Source of the DNA: a bacterium
GTDB lineage: Bacteria > Krumholzibacteriota > Krumholzibacteriia > LZORAL124-64-63
Direction: 5' to 3'
Length of the DNA: 64,000 nt
Assembly (NCBI GenBank): GCA_031441465.1
Contig: JANOEP010000047.1
Coordinates: forward strand, 11,801 to 75,800
A program made the position numbers and the translations under genes. Each line of letters opens with the position of its first letter. Position 1 is the first letter of the stretch. This document shows positions 47,533 to 57,161 of this stretch, piece by piece. The notes beneath the pieces were generated by a model, which saw only the letters and a list, made by a program, of their open reading frames with translations, was not told where the DNA came from and ran no database searches.

Positions 47533-50127
47533 ATGAAGAACTGGACCGTGAACGCCGGCGAGGCCCTGCAGAGGGCGCAGACCAAGGCCTACGAATCCGG
47601 GCACGCCGAGCTCGAGCCGCTGCACCTGTTGTGGGCGTTGCTGAGCGAGACCGGTCTGGCCGGCCGGGCCCTGCGCAGCCTGGAGACCGATCCCCGCCTC
47701 GTGCAGGCCACGATCGAGCGCGAACTGGCGAGCCTGCCCGTCGTTCAGGTCAAGGAGGTGCCGAATCCCGGCCGGGCGTTCCAGCAGCTCGTGCTCGAGG
47801 CGCAGGCGCTCGCGGGCAAGGACGCGGCGATGGTCGGCACCAGGGAGCTGCTGCTCGCGCTGGCCGCCGATCACGGCCGGGCCGGCAGCCTGCTGCAGAC
47901 CTTCGACGTCACCCCGGAAAAACTCGCCCGCGCGCTGGAGTCTCTCGGCGCCGACCAGGCCTATCGCGGCGACGACGAGTCCGGTGTCGCGGACGGCGGC
48001 GAATCCGCCCTCGGACGCTACGCCCGCGACCTGTGCGCGGCCGCGCGCGCCGGCAAGATCGACCCCGTCATCGGCCGCGACGAGGAGATCCGCCGCGTCG
48101 TGCAGATCCTCTCGCGCCGCACCAAGAACAACCCGGTGCTGATCGGCAGCCCCGGCGTGGGCAAGACCGCCGTGGTCGAGGGGCTCGCACGGCGGCTGGT
48201 CGAAGGGGACGTGCCGCTCGGCCTGCGCGACAAGACCCTGTACGCCCTGGACATGGGGGCGCTGCTGGCCGGGGCCAAGTACCGCGGCGATTTCGAGGAA
48301 CGCCTGAAGAAGGTCGTCCAGGAGGTGACCGCCCGCGAAGGCGAGGTGCTGCTGTTCATCGACGAGATGCACACGCTCGTGGGCGCCGGCGCCGCCGAGG
48401 GCGCCATGGACGCGAGCAACATCCTGAAGCCCGCCCTCGCGCGCGGCGAGCTGCACTGCGTCGGCGCGACCACCATCGACGAGTACCGCCGCCACATCGA
48501 GAAGGACCCGGCGCTCGAGCGGCGGTTCCAGCCGGTGCTGGTCGAAGAGCCGACCCAGGAGCAGGCCGTCGCGATCCTGCGCGGCCTGAAGGAACGGTAC
48601 GAGGTGCACCACGGCATCCGCATCGCCGACTCGGCCCTGGTGGCGGCGGTGAAGCTCTCGAGCCGCTACCTCAGCGACCGCATGCTGCCGGACAAGGCGA
48701 TCGACCTCATGGACGAGGCCGCGTCGCAGCTGCGCATGGAGATCGATTCGGTGCCCGCCGAGGTCGACGACCTGCAGCGCCGCCTGCAGCAGCTGGAGAT
48801 GGAGAAGCTGGCGCTGGAGAAGGAGGTCGACCGCGCCGCCATCGGACGACGCGAGGCGATCGACCGCCAGATCGCCGAGCTGCGCGACGACCTGGGCCGG
48901 CTCCGCGCCCGCTGGGAACAGGAGAAGGCCGCGATCGACGCCATCCGCACGCTCCAGGCTCGGCAGGAACAGCTCGGCGCGGACATCGAGGAGGCCCAGC
49001 GGCGCGGCGATCTGGCGCGCGCCTCGCAGCTGAAGTACGGCAGCGCCACCGAGCTGTCCGCGGAACTCGCCCGCGCCCGCGCCGACCTCGTCGCGGTGCA
49101 GGGGGCCGAGCCGATGCTCAAGGAAGAAGTCGATGCGCAGGACGTCGCGGCCCTGGTGGCGAAGTGGACCGGCATCCCGGCGCAGCGCTTGCTGGAGGAC
49201 GACGTCGCGCGCCTGCGCGAACTCGAGTCGCGCCTGACCGCGCGCGTGGTCGGCCAGGACCGGGCCGTCGCGCAGGTGGCGCGCACGGTGAGGCGCTCGC
49301 GCGCGGGGTTGAGCGACCGCCAGCGGCCGCTGGGTTCGTTCCTGTTCCTCGGCCCCACCGGCGTGGGCAAGACCGAGCTGGTCAAGGCGCTGGCCGCCGA
49401 ACTCTTCGGCGACGAGAGCCACATGGTCCGCCTGGACATGAGCGAGTACATGGAGCGCCACAGCGTCGCGCGCATGATCGGCGCGCCCCCGGGCTACGTG
49501 GGCTTCGAGTCCGGCGGGCAGCTGACCGAGGCCGTCAGGCGCCACCCGTACACGGTCATCCTGTTCGACGAGGTGGAGAAGGCCCACCCCGAGGTCATGA
49601 ACGTGCTCCTGCAGCTGCTGGACGACGGGCGCCTGACCGACGGCAAGGGGCGGGTCGTGGACTTCCGCAACGCGCTGGTCGTGATGACCAGCAACCTGGC
49701 TCAGGACGAGCGCTTCGCCCCGCGCGAGGATGCGGACGAGCAGGGCCGGCGGGAGCAGGAACAGGAACTCCTGCAGGAACTGGGTCGGCATTTCCGGCCC
49801 GAATTCCTCAACCGGATCGACGCGGTGGTGCGGTTCGGCGCGTTGGACCGCGAGTTGATCCGGCGCATCGTCGTGCTGGAACTGGCGAAGGTCGCCCGCG
49901 CCCTGCAGGAGCAGGAGATCGGCTTGACCTGGTCCGACGGCGCCGTCGACCGCCTCGCCGAACTGGGGTTCGATCCGCATTTCGGCGCCCGCCCCGTCAA
50001 GCGCGTCATCCAGCATGAGGTGCAGGACCGCTTGGCCGACGCCATCCTCGCCGGCGCCGTGCTTCCCGGCCAGACGGCCCGCCTGGACCGGGAGTCCGGG
50101 GAGCTGATGGTTGCTCCAGAGGACTGA
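47533..50127 (+). CDS. clpB: ATP-dependent chaperone ClpB
   Basis: Clp-N domain, two AAA+ modules ([16 protein letters not shown]), coiled-coil M domain (LKYG) and GAPPGYVG pore loop. Confidence 0.96.
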   Translation: MKNWTVNAGEALQRAQTKAYESGHAELEPLHLLWALLSETGLAGRALRSLETDPRLVQATIERELASLPVVQVKEVPNPGRAFQQLVLEAQALAGKDAAMVGTRELLLALAADHGRAGSLLQTFDVTPEKLARALESLGADQAYRGDDESGVADGGESALGRYARDLCAAARAGKIDPVIGRDEEIRRVVQILSRRTKNNPVLIGSPGVGKTAVVEGLARRLVEGDVPLGLRDKTLYALDMGALLAGAKYRGDFEERLKKVVQEVTAREGEVLLFIDEMHTLVGAGAAEGAMDASNILKPALARGELHCVGATTIDEYRRHIEKDPALERRFQPVLVEEPTQEQAVAILRGLKERYEVHHGIRIADSALVAAVKLSSRYLSDRMLPDKAIDLMDEAASQLRMEIDSVPAEVDDLQRRLQQLEMEKLALEKEVDRAAIGRREAIDRQIAELRDDLGRLRARWEQEKAAIDAIRTLQARQEQLGADIEEAQRRGDLARASQLKYGSATELSAELARARADLVAVQGAEPMLKEEVDAQDVAALVAKWTGIPAQRLLEDDVARLRELESRLTARVVGQDRAVAQVARTVRRSRAGLSDRQRPLGSFLFLGPTGVGKTELVKALAAELFGDESHMVRLDMSEYMERHSVARMIGAPPGYVGFESGGQLTEAVRRHPYTVILFDEVEKAHPEVMNVLLQLLDDGRLTDGKGRVVDFRNALVVMTSNLAQDERFAPREDADEQGRREQEQELLQELGRHFRPEFLNRIDAVVRFGALDRELIRRIVVLELAKVARALQEQEIGLTWSDGAVDRLAELGFDPHFGARPVKRVIQHEVQDRLADAILAGAVLPGQTARLDRESGELMVAPED

Positions 50128-50576
50128 CGAACATGTACGTACAGGTACACGCCGAAGCAAAGTCGAAAAATCGGGCTTGACGGAGGGGTCGGCGCGTTGC
50201 AGAGATAGTGCGCGCGAACGGAGTACGTGACGCCGGATGGTGTTCCACGCCCGTGTGCTTCCGGCACCTGCCGGTGGCCTCGGATCGTGGCACCGTACGA
50301 GAAGAGCCGCAGCGACATCGGCGAGACAACGCGGCCGTCGGTCCTCGATCCGGCCGGCGAACACGCCGACGGGGTGGGCCGAAGAGAGTCTATCCTCTTC
50401 TTGTACCCAAGCACGCGGCCGGTGTTCCCGACTACCGTAAGGAATTGCACGACGGTGGGCCCGAGCCACCGTCGAGACGCCGCCAGTGGCGGCGGGCAAA
50501 GCGGTCCTCGCTCGCCCGGGATGAGCCCGGGACGAACCCGCGGACCAGATGCTCGGGACTTTCTGGAGGAATGACC

Positions 50577-51179
50577 ATGCGTATTTCGAAGCTTCACGTC
50601 GTTGCGGTTCTGATGCTCGGGCTCTTGCTGGGTCTTGCCGGCTGCTCGAAGCTGCCCGTGGAGACGGTCACGGCCATGCAGACGGCCATGGACGGTGCCA
50701 AGGCCGCCGGCGCGGAGACCTACGCGCGTGACGCCCTGAACCAGGCCATGGAGACCAAGGCTCAGGCCGACGCCGAGATCGAGACCCAGAACGGCAAGTT
50801 CGCCCTCATGCGCTCGTACAAGAAGTCGACCGAGATGCTGACCCTCGCCACCCAGCAGTTCGAGCAGGCCAACCAGGCCGCCGTCGCCGGCAAGGAGCGC
50901 GCTCGCGTCGCTGCCAACGCCGCCGTCGAGGCTGCCACCGCCGCCCTGGCCGCCACGAACGAGTTCCTGGCCAAGGCCCCCCGCGGCAAGAACACCAAGG
51001 CGGAGCTCGAGGCCATGCAGCAGGAGCTGGTCGTGCTGCAGGGCGCCCTGGGCGAGGCCGCTGCCGGCGTCGCCGCCGAGGACTACATCAACGCCAAGGC
51101 GAAGGCCGACGTTGTGACCCAGAAGGCTGCTGAGATCCAGGCGGACATCCAGAACGCCATGGACAAGGCCAAGCGCTAA
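50577..51179 (+). CDS. Alpha-helical lipoprotein (DUF4398-like)
   Basis: GGAGGA RBS, lipobox LAG-C, Ala-rich helical body (A.AAGA.TYA), TAA stop. Confidence 0.85.
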   Translation: MRISKLHVVAVLMLGLLLGLAGCSKLPVETVTAMQTAMDGAKAAGAETYARDALNQAMETKAQADAEIETQNGKFALMRSYKKSTEMLTLATQQFEQANQAAVAGKERARVAANAAVEAATAALAATNEFLAKAPRGKNTKAELEAMQQELVVLQGALGEAAAGVAAEDYINAKAKADVVTQKAAEIQADIQNAMDKAKR

Positions 51180-51193
51180 CAGCCTGCACGCAC

Positions 51194-51227
51194 GCGCCGC
51201 CGGTGGTTCGCCACCGGCGGCGTTTTA
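51194..51227 (+). terminator. Intrinsic terminator
   Basis: CGCCGCCGGTGG-TTCG-CCACCGGCGGCG followed by TTTTA. Confidence 0.88.
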
Positions 51228-51283
51228 TCCTGCCGGTGGGGGCGGGACGGAACCTTCTCCCCCAATTAGGACCTCAAGACATC

Positions 51284-52396
51284 ATGATGGCCAAGAAGCG
51301 TCGTCGACCCGTGGTGCGCTGGTTCTTCAGGATCCTGGGCCTGCTCACGTTCGCCGCCGTCGTGGTGACCGCCTACCACATGCTCTGGCCGCCCCCCCTG
51401 CCCACGACCCAGGTCGCCACCGCCCGCTCCGCCCTGCGCCTGGCCCACGCCGCACCGCCGCTGGCGTCCAGCGAGCTGGCCCGGGCCGAAAAGATCAGCT
51501 GGCTGATGGAAAGGCACTTCGCCCAGGAGCGCGCCAAGATCGTGCGCTACCGCCGCAACCGCGAGCTGGAGGCGGAGGTGCAGAGCCTGCTCGACGCGGC
51601 GCGCGCCGCCGAGCAGGTCGCGCGCGAGCGGCACATCACCGGCCTGGAGGAAAGCCGCCTGCGCTACCGTGAACTGGCCTCGCGCCTGGCCGCCATGACG
51701 GGCAACGTGGCGTCGGTGCCCGGCGAGCGGAAGCTGCAGCGCTCCTACCGCAACGCGGAGATGGCGCTCGACCAGGTGCGCGAACTGCAGCGCATCGAAA
51801 AGCTCGACTCGCTGCCCGGGGCGCTCGCGTCGGCCGAGTCCGCCGTCGGTCGCGCCGAGGAACTCATCGGCTCGCACTTCGCCCGCCTGCACGACCCCAA
51901 GCTGCGGGCCCTGTGGAAGCGGCTCGTCGACGAGACCGTGGCGGGCACGCGCGGCGGCGGGATGGCGATCATCATCGACAAGCTCAACCGGCGCTGCGTC
52001 GTGGTGAAGAACGGCCGCAAGACGACCGAGTACCCCGCCGACTTCGGTCGCAAGGGACTGCTGGACAAGGTCCACTCCGGGGACGGCGCCACGCCCGAGG
52101 GCCGCTATCATGTGACGAAGAAGAACGCGGGCAGCCGCTACTACCGGGCTTTGCTCATCAACTACCCCAACGCCGAGGACCAGGCGCGTTACGCTTCGGC
52201 GAAGCGCAACGGGCAGGTTCCCAACGGGCGCGGTCCCGGCAGCCTGATCGAGATCCACGGCAACGGCGGCCGCGACATCGACTGGACCGACGGCTGCATC
52301 GCGCTGCGCGACAACGACATGGAATCACTGTTCCGGATGGCCGGCGTCGGTACGCCCGTGACCATCGTCGGCGCGGCCCGGCTACCGGGCGACTGA
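51284..52396 (+). CDS. Membrane-anchored L,D-transpeptidase family protein (YafK/DpaA-type) with helical stalk
   Basis: N-terminal TM; GDGATPEG.Y, INYPNAED and IEIHG...WTDGCIAL motifs. Confidence 0.88.
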   Translation: MMAKKRRRPVVRWFFRILGLLTFAAVVVTAYHMLWPPPLPTTQVATARSALRLAHAAPPLASSELARAEKISWLMERHFAQERAKIVRYRRNRELEAEVQSLLDAARAAEQVARERHITGLEESRLRYRELASRLAAMTGNVASVPGERKLQRSYRNAEMALDQVRELQRIEKLDSLPGALASAESAVGRAEELIGSHFARLHDPKLRALWKRLVDETVAGTRGGGMAIIIDKLNRRCVVVKNGRKTTEYPADFGRKGLLDKVHSGDGATPEGRYHVTKKNAGSRYYRALLINYPNAEDQARYASAKRNGQVPNGRGPGSLIEIHGNGGRDIDWTDGCIALRDNDMESLFRMAGVGTPVTIVGAARLPGD

Positions 52397-52422
52397 ACCC
52401 AGGCACGCGGGGTGATGGCGCG

Positions 52423-53241
52423 ATGAGCGCACTCTTCGGCGACAAACGCAAGCCCACGGCGAAGCCCCAGCGGGGCGCCGCCATGGCCGTGCCCCGCAGG
52501 GATCGGAACGACCGGGTCGATCAGGCTGAGGAGTCCAAGGCGGCCGCGAAGGGCGCCGCGCCCGCGCGGGTCGAGCGGCGACCCCGGCCGCAGCGGCGCC
52601 CGCCACGGCGTGTCGTGGTCGCGCTCGTGACGCCGCCGGTGCTGGCGATCCTGATCGCGGCTGTGCTCGTCGCATACGGGAGCTACCGGGATCTGCCCGT
52701 CGGCGCGCTCGCCGCGGCGCCGCCGAGTGAGAAACCCGCCAAGGCGATCACGGAACGCGATCTTGTCCAGCTCGAGAAGAAGCTGGCGGGCATCGCGCCC
52801 AAGGGCGTCTACATCACCGTGGACACGGTCGAGAACAAGCTGCGGGTGATGCGCGGGAACGAGGTGCTGCGCGACGCCCTTTGCTCGGCCGGCACCGGCG
52901 TGGTCCTGGAGGATCCCAAGTCCGGCAAGCGCTGGGTTTTCGACTCGCCGCGCGGCGTGCGCAAGGTGCTCGAGAAGCGCAAGGATCCGGTGTGGACGAT
53001 GCCGGACTGGGCGTTCATCGAGGAGGGCGAGGATCTCCCGCGCAACTGGTCCGACCGCATCGACAAGGCATCGCTGGGCGATTACGCCCTCTACCTCGGC
53101 GACGGGTACATGATTCACGGCACGCTCTACCAGCGCTACCTGGGCCGCAACGTGACCCACGGCTGCATCAGGCTGGGCGACGCCGATCTGGAGTTCGCCT
53201 ACCGCAATGCGCCCGTCGGCACGCTGGTGTACTTGTACTGA
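52423..53241 (+). CDS. Membrane-anchored L,D-transpeptidase (ErfK/YbiS/YcfS-type YkuD domain)
   Basis: TM; KDPVW..P and LG.YALYL..GYMIHGT...VTHGCIRL...PVGT.V motifs. Confidence 0.9.
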   Translation: MSALFGDKRKPTAKPQRGAAMAVPRRDRNDRVDQAEESKAAAKGAAPARVERRPRPQRRPPRRVVVALVTPPVLAILIAAVLVAYGSYRDLPVGALAAAPPSEKPAKAITERDLVQLEKKLAGIAPKGVYITVDTVENKLRVMRGNEVLRDALCSAGTGVVLEDPKSGKRWVFDSPRGVRKVLEKRKDPVWTMPDWAFIEEGEDLPRNWSDRIDKASLGDYALYLGDGYMIHGTLYQRYLGRNVTHGCIRLGDADLEFAYRNAPVGTLVYLY

Positions 53242-53939
53242 TGAGAGCACCCATGCACATCCGCCCCGCACTCCTGTTCGCGCTGCTGGTCCTGGCCGGG
53301 ACCGCCGGCGCGGCTGATCCCGCGCTCCGTCGGGAGGCCCTGCTCGCCGAGATCGAACTGGCGCAGAGCAAGCAGCTCTATCTGGTGATCGACCCCGCGG
53401 CCGGCGAAGTGCAGCTCACGATCCAGACCGTCGTGGTGCGGCGGTTCCCCGTCGAGATGCGGGTCGGCCTGCCGGCCGGGCATCCCGAAGCCTGGCCCGC
53501 CATGGTCTTCAAGCTCCACTCGGGCTTGCCGGAGTTCGAGCGGCCCGTGATCCGTCCGCCCGACAAGCCGGTCGTCGACACGCGGACCACCGGACCGGCG
53601 GCGCCCGCCGTGCCCGACACCGGCGCTTCGGCGAAGAAGTCCCCCGACGATCTGCTGGACGAGCGCAACCGCGCGCTGGCGGGTGTGCCCACGGTCTACG
53701 CCCTGCACTTCGATCCCGAGCTGGACATCCTGGTGCGCGGTGAGGCGGAGGCCCGCGGCCTCTCCGGTCAGTGGAAGAAAGCCTGGGCTTCCCTGGGCGA
53801 GGGAATCGGGCGCGGCTACGCGCGGCTGACCGGCAAGCCGCGGACCCTGCACATCGTGATGAAGATGGATCCCGAAGACGCCCGCCGGCTCGGCCTCACG
53901 CTCACGCCGCAGATGCCCTTGCTGATCCGCTCCGAATAG
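53241..53939 (+). CDS. Secreted YkuD-fold-like protein without catalytic His/Cys
   Basis: Signal peptide; LYLVID...RRFPV at the start and MKMDPEDARRL...PLLI at the end echo the YkuD frame; no Cys in the protein. Confidence 0.65.
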   Translation: MRAPMHIRPALLFALLVLAGTAGAADPALRREALLAEIELAQSKQLYLVIDPAAGEVQLTIQTVVVRRFPVEMRVGLPAGHPEAWPAMVFKLHSGLPEFERPVIRPPDKPVVDTRTTGPAAPAVPDTGASAKKSPDDLLDERNRALAGVPTVYALHFDPELDILVRGEAEARGLSGQWKKAWASLGEGIGRGYARLTGKPRTLHIVMKMDPEDARRLGLTLTPQMPLLIRSE

Positions 53940-53973
53940 TCCGCGCTGGGGCGTTCACCTGCTGGGAGGTCCG

Positions 53974-54822
53974 ATGCCGCGACTCCACCGTCCGGTCGCC
54001 CTGATCCTGCTCACCCTGCTGGCGTGCGGCTGTGCCCGCGAAGGCGGGCCCGCTCCCCGCGCCCGGGACGGCGCCGTCGTGGTGGAGTTGCTGACGGCCG
54101 AGAAAGCCGCCGTCCCCGGTCGCATCCTGACCCTGGGCTGGCGCTTCCGGATCGACGAGGGCTGGCACCTGTACTGGCACGGCGCCAGCGACACGGGCGT
54201 GCCGCCGAGCCTCGCGCTGACCCTGCCCGCGGGCTGGGAGGCCGGTCCGCTGCGCTGGCCGACGCCCCGGCGCCACGTCTCGCCCGGGGACATCCTGGAC
54301 CACGTCTACGTCGGTGAGGTCTTGCTGCTGCAGACCGTGCAGGTGGCGGCCGAGGCGCCCCTGGGCGGCACCGCCGAAATCCGCGCGCGCCTGGACTGGC
54401 TCGCCTGCTCGGAGAACTGCGCGCCGGGGAGCGCGGAACTGGTGCTGACCCTGCCCGTGGAGCGCCACGCCGGGCCGACGCCCGACGCGGACGCGATCAC
54501 CAGGGTCTTCCAGGCCATGCCGAGGCCGCTGCCGGAGGGGGTGGCGACGATCGCCTGGGAGGGGGCCGACCTGACGGTGGCGGTGGCTGGAGCCGGGCGC
54601 CTCGAGTTCTACCCGCTGGACTCCTGCGGGCCCCTGGTCGCGCCCCTGGCCGACGCCGCCGTCGACGGTGGCGCGCTGCGTTTGCGCCTGCGCGAACGCG
54701 AGGGGCATGTCGGGCCGGTCCGCGGTATCCTGTTCGTTCGGGGCGGCGACGGTGCCGCCCGCAGCTACGAGTTGAATATTCCGGCGGCCCCGGTCGCCGA
54801 CTTCCCGAAGGTAGGTTCCTGA
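53974..54822 (+). CDS. DsbD N-terminal (DsbC/PF11412-like) domain lipoprotein
   Basis: Lipobox LACG-C; GWHLYW..SDTG.PP, WPTP and WLAC.ENC motifs. Confidence 0.82.
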   Translation: MPRLHRPVALILLTLLACGCAREGGPAPRARDGAVVVELLTAEKAAVPGRILTLGWRFRIDEGWHLYWHGASDTGVPPSLALTLPAGWEAGPLRWPTPRRHVSPGDILDHVYVGEVLLLQTVQVAAEAPLGGTAEIRARLDWLACSENCAPGSAELVLTLPVERHAGPTPDADAITRVFQAMPRPLPEGVATIAWEGADLTVAVAGAGRLEFYPLDSCGPLVAPLADAAVDGGALRLRLREREGHVGPVRGILFVRGGDGAARSYELNIPAAPVADFPKVGS

Positions 54823-55430
54823 TGCGCCGTGCCACGATCTTGACCCTGAGCGGCGCCCTGGCGCTGCTGCTGGCCGTCCCCGCCCTGGCCGCGCTGGTCC
54901 CGGGCACGCAGGCCCCGGACTTCGATCTTGTCGATACCGCTGGCAATCACCACTCCCTGCAGAAGTACCTGGCCGACGGTCAGGTCGTCGTCCTGGAGTG
55001 GTTCAACCCCGACTGCCCGTTCATCGTCAAGCATCACAAGCTGCACCGCACCATGGACACGACCTTCGCCGCGGTGAAGGACAAGGGTGTCGTGTGGTTG
55101 GCGGTCAATTCGTCCGCGCCCGGCAAGTCCGGCTACGGCACCGAGCGCAACGCGAAGGCGGTCGAGGAGTACGGCATGACCTTCCCGGTGCTGCTGGACC
55201 CGACCGGTGCGGCCGGCAAGGCGTACGAGGCCCGCAACACGCCGACGATGTTCGTGATCGGTCGCGACGGCATGGTCGCCTACGCCGGCGCCATCGACGA
55301 CGACGCGAGTCCGCAGCATCTCGGCGAGACCAACCACGTCGCCGCGGCCCTGGCGGCCCTGCTCGCCGGCGGCAAGCCGGCCGTAGCCGAGACCAAGCCG
55401 TACGGCTGCAGCGTGAAGTACGCCGACTGA
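54822..55430 (+). CDS. Exported redoxin/peroxiredoxin-like (AhpC/TSA) protein
   Basis: Signal peptide; APDF.L.D, EWFNPDCPF, TP.MFVI, Y.GAIDD and YGCSVKY motifs. Confidence 0.88.
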   Translation: MRRATILTLSGALALLLAVPALAALVPGTQAPDFDLVDTAGNHHSLQKYLADGQVVVLEWFNPDCPFIVKHHKLHRTMDTTFAAVKDKGVVWLAVNSSAPGKSGYGTERNAKAVEEYGMTFPVLLDPTGAAGKAYEARNTPTMFVIGRDGMVAYAGAIDDDASPQHLGETNHVAAALAALLAGGKPAVAETKPYGCSVKYAD

Positions 55431-55445
55431 GCCGAAAGGAAGACC

Positions 55446-56273
55446 GTGAGCGGGGAGACGGACAGCCGTCCGGGCTGGTGGGGAACGTACGAGGTGCCGG
55501 TGGGCGGCGGCCTGGTGTGGTCGATCGCCACGCGCCGCACCTGGGCGCGCCGTGCACCCTGCGAGTGGCAGATCGCGACGATCGAGGCGCCGCAGGAAGG
55601 CGCCGACGCGGTGGTCGGCGCCGCGGCGCCGCACCGACAGGAGACGGCCGAGTCCCCCGACCCGGACGCCGAGCTGCGGCGGTTCGGTTTCCGGGAATCC
55701 CCCGGGACGCTCCGGATCCAACCGATGCTGGCCGACCGCCCCCTGGTGGTGGACGCCCGCACGCCGTTCGCCCTGACCCCCGGCGAGGAACTCACCTTGT
55801 ACGTGGGCCAGCCGGTCTGGGCCAGGTTCCTGGTGGGCCCGCCCGAGGTCAGCCTGCTCGAGTTCCCCCTCGTGCGCCCGCACGACACCTGGTTCGGCGC
55901 GAACACGCGCGTCGGCGACCTCTGCTACTCGGAGAAAATCGGCGCGCGCATGGACCTGGCCAACCTGGCGATCCGCCCGCACCGTGCGATCTCGGTCGTG
56001 CACATCCAGAACCGGGCTTCGACGCAGCTCGCCGTCGAGAAACTGGAACTGCCGTCGCCGAACATGTCCCTGTTCGCCGACGGGCAGGGCCGGCTGTGGA
56101 CCGAGGCGGTCACGATCGAGCGGCGTGAGGACGGCGAAGAGGCGGCGATCCGCCTCGACCACGGCGCACCGGCCCAGGCCGCGCTGCCCCGCGTCGTCGG
56201 CGGCCCGCGCGCGACGCTGGTTCGCGGCGGCCTGGGGCGCGTCTTCGGCGGCGTCTTCGGCAGGGGGTGGTGA
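55446..56273 (+). CDS. DUF432-like protein
   Basis: WWG start; P.LADRP.V, DTWFG.NT..G.LCY and LF....RLWT segments; coupled to MscS. Confidence 0.65.
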   Translation: MSGETDSRPGWWGTYEVPVGGGLVWSIATRRTWARRAPCEWQIATIEAPQEGADAVVGAAAPHRQETAESPDPDAELRRFGFRESPGTLRIQPMLADRPLVVDARTPFALTPGEELTLYVGQPVWARFLVGPPEVSLLEFPLVRPHDTWFGANTRVGDLCYSEKIGARMDLANLAIRPHRAISVVHIQNRASTQLAVEKLELPSPNMSLFADGQGRLWTEAVTIERREDGEEAAIRLDHGAPAQAALPRVVGGPRATLVRGGLGRVFGGVFGRGW

Positions 56274-57133
56274 CCGTGCCGGGAGAGTGGAGCCTGGGGC
56301 TGGAGAAGCTGTTCACGACCGTGAGCCTGACGGCCGTGCTGCGCACCGTCGTGGTGCTGGTGGTCGGGCTGGGCCTGGCGCGCCTGCTGAGCGCCGCGGC
56401 CGAAAGCATCATCGGCCGGCGCACGAGCCCCCAGGGGGCGATGCTGCTGCGGCGCGCCATCAACTACGCGCTGGTCTCGCTGGTGATCTTCGGGGCGCTC
56501 AACAGCCTGGGCATCGAACTGGGATTCCTGCTCGGCGCCGCCGGCGTGCTGACCGTCGCGCTGGGGTTCGCCTCGCAGACCTCCGCGTCGAACCTGATCA
56601 GCGGCCTGTTCCTGGTCATGGAACGCCCCTTCGTGGTGGGCGACGTGATCACCGTCGACGACGTGACGGGCGAGGTGCTGACCATCGACATGCTGTCCAC
56701 CAAGCTGAGGACCTTCGACAACCTCTACGTGCGGATGCCCAACGAGACGATCATCAAGTCGCGGGTCACCAACCTCACGCACTTCCCGATCCGCCGCATC
56801 GACCTGCGCCTGGGCGTGGCCTACCGCGAGGATCTCGCCCGCGTGCGCGCGGTGCTCGACGCCGTGGCCGCGGCCAACCTGCTCTGCCTCGACGATCCGC
56901 AACCCCTGTTCCTGGTGCAGGGCTTCGGCGATTCCGCCCAGCAGTTTCAGTACTCGGTGTGGGCGGCGCGCGACAACTACCTGGACTTGCGCAATTCGAT
57001 CCAGATGGAGATCAAGGCGGCCTTCGATCGCGAGGGCATCGAGATCCCGTTCCCGCACCGCACGTTGCGCCTCGACGGCGTTCCGCTGCCGGTGCACGTG
57101 GTCGAGGATGGCCGCGGCGGGGCCGGGGTTTGA
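56270..57133 (+). CDS. mscS: Small-conductance mechanosensitive channel
   Basis: ALGFASQ..SNLISG, PF.VGD.I, PNE, V.N.T and GIEIPFP motifs. Confidence 0.92.
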   Translation: MTVPGEWSLGLEKLFTTVSLTAVLRTVVVLVVGLGLARLLSAAAESIIGRRTSPQGAMLLRRAINYALVSLVIFGALNSLGIELGFLLGAAGVLTVALGFASQTSASNLISGLFLVMERPFVVGDVITVDDVTGEVLTIDMLSTKLRTFDNLYVRMPNETIIKSRVTNLTHFPIRRIDLRLGVAYREDLARVRAVLDAVAAANLLCLDDPQPLFLVQGFGDSAQQFQYSVWAARDNYLDLRNSIQMEIKAAFDREGIEIPFPHRTLRLDGVPLPVHVVEDGRGGAGV

Positions 57134-57161
57134 CCCGCGGCGCGTCGGCCGGGAGGATGAT

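Noticed and set aside
47494..50499. 1001 aa minus-strand ORF, and similar long antisense or alternate-frame ORFs (1188-3044, 3941-5995, 16266-18458, 43110-45866)
   Set aside because: Shadows of real genes caused by high GC3; Arg/Pro/Ala-rich or motif-free translations.
50490..50550. c-di-GMP-I riboswitch-like GGCAAA...GGGACG
   Set aside because: The GNRA-capped stem and GCAAAGC continuation are missing, and the spacing is wrong.
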